Shown here one piece after another: positions 62,334 through 64,000 of a DNA stretch of 64,000 nt. The notes under the pieces are model-generated. The model was not told where the DNA came from. It saw only the letters and a program-made list of their open reading frames with translations, and ran no database searches. The DNA is from Phoronis australis (lineage: Eukaryota; Animalia; Phoronida). The translations under genes and the position numbers were made by a program. Location of the stretch: the NCBI GenBank assembly GCA_002633005.1, contig NMRA01000104.1:330070-394069 (forward strand). Reading direction: 5' to 3'. Each line of letters opens with the position of its first letter. The first letter of the stretch is position 1.

Positions 62334-62599
62334 TTGTGCTAGTGTCTGTATGTTCTGAAAAGTTCGAAAGTCTAGATTGTTAAAAGGCAAAAGATATTAG
62401 GCACTCTTTTGTGGCCAATAGAACTCAGAGTGGAATCTGTTTAGTGTCACTGTATTCACTCGTGAAATGAAATTTGCAAATATGCTGTTCAGTACTGAAT
62501 ATTTCTTGCTTGCTCGATTTATTTTAGTATTATCAACCAGCATGATTTGCGTGAACTTGACTTACAGTGACTCAATATGTTGTTTCTTTTACGTCGCAG

Positions 62600-62666
62600 C
62601 CTGAAGCACGATAATACTCTGCGGCCGTTTTTCAGTTGTTTCTTTGCGGCGGAGTTACATGTATAA
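62600..62666 (+). CDS. Gene C probable exon 3
   Basis: tttcttttacgtcgcag acceptor, phase 2; (C)LKHDNTLRPFFSCFFAAELHV*, giving 8 Cys in the mature region and a 109-aa precursor. Confidence 0.55.
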
Positions 62667-63458
62667 CTAAGGTGATGTAATTAGGGGATCTATTTGTAAA
62701 AGTTGATGTGTTAAACATCACGAAAAGGTATGACAATACTGTCATTATTTTGTGCTATGATCCATCATTTCCAATTTTTGGGGGTTAATTTTTTGTTACA
62801 CGATGCTGGCTGTAAGCCCATTTCTTGGCATGCTACTTGCGCACAATACTGATGCAACCGTTGATCCAAGGCGCCTTGTTGTAAAACGTACATGTAATCA
62901 GGCATAAAGTGGTGCTTGGAAGGCAAATTTCTGTTATTACGTGGTGAAATGGTATTTTGACATGTATGTTGTTCTGTGTGATTTTTTGTCCTATCGACAC
63001 CAGTGCTATATATACACAACATTACTAGGAAGAGTCAAACGTTTAAACAACAATTTTAGTATGTTCTCGAAAACTATAACAAGAGTATTGTTTACCTGAG
63101 AATGAGTTACAATAACGACGAAATAAATCTCATTCAACGCACGCTACCGGGAATTCCCGCACGTGTGTCTAGGGCAGAGTTTCGTTGCCTCAAGAATCTC
63201 GCTTAGGAAGGTAGTGTTATCACGTACTTCGCTTGTAATATGTGGCGATATCTCGCTCAGTCTTGTGTTTTCGCGAGATTCTCGCCTCTACTCAACGCAC
63301 GCCGGCTACACCGTTGATGTAGAGATGGCGTTGTAGTCGAATAGTTTCATTCGCATATCAAAAATTTACCCGGAGCGATCTCCGAAGCCTGCGCCATCTT
63401 ATTTAGTCCAAAGATTCTAATACCTACATGTATAGGTTCGGTATCAGCCTTTCCTTAA

Positions 63459-63575
63459 CACACACTTCGTTGAAAACACGATTAAACTTTTTGTTTGAAA
63501 GCTTGATACACTACGAGCGACTTTGTGTCAAGCTTTCAAACAAAAAGTTCAGTCGTGTTTTCAACAAAGTTTGTG
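63459..63575. repeat. About 117 bp near-perfect hairpin
   Basis: About 50 bp arms (GTTGAAAACACGATTAAACTTTTTGTTTGAAAGCTTGA / TCAAGCTTTCAAACAAAAAGTTCAGTCGTGTTTTCAAC) around a short loop. Confidence 0.85.
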
Positions 63576-64000
63576 ATACCTACACGTATATACGATCTGT
63601 GGTGTGACTGAAACTCATTCAAAGGATGTCATGTATTGATAAAGCCCCACTTTTCAGTTACATCTAAGCAAATGTACTACATAAGTCGGAAAGGATGAAG
63701 AAACTGACCGATCAGAAAACCCACCATGATATCTTATAAGGTCAAAATTCACCCAGCATTTCTCCCGGGAGGAACTGACTTTTGTAAAGGCAAAACAAGT
63801 CATAGCTTGCCACCACCAATAATTTGCTATTTCTGGCGACCAATTTGGTTTCATTTTGTATGTTTAGACTTAAACTTACTATTACAATATTTACTTGTAT
63901 TCCCCACAACTTGGACAGTTTGTCTTTATGCACCCGAAATAATATCCGAAAATAGTTACCCATTTCTCGTAAATTCTTTCTGACAACATTTTACTCTTGA

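Overview
AT-rich, repeat-dense eukaryotic genomic DNA, probably from a marine invertebrate animal (inferred from spliceosomal introns and the Penelope, L2/CR1, hAT, P, Kolobok-like and Academ-like relics). No conserved housekeeping gene was recognised. The main result, mostly hidden from the ORF track because the genes are split into short exons, is a dispersed cluster of small secreted cysteine-rich precursor genes and pseudogenes. Three are reconstructable as complete in-frame models: A (minus, 17607-15589), D (minus, 41859-40714) and C (plus, 61583-62666). One is partial (B, minus, 29075-28901), and there are probable pseudogenes near 7.2-8.0, 25.8-26.6 and 44.1-46.2 kb. A, B and C share a C-x6-C-x12/13-C-x9/10-CC-x5/10-C framework followed by an aromatic F[WY]xxF[YL] motif, and they share intron phases. 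This looks like a lineage-specific birth-and-death family of toxin-, antimicrobial- or signalling-type peptides. A 148-149 bp MITE supplies an in-frame splice acceptor in two of the genes. All gene models were spliced by eye and need transcript confirmation.
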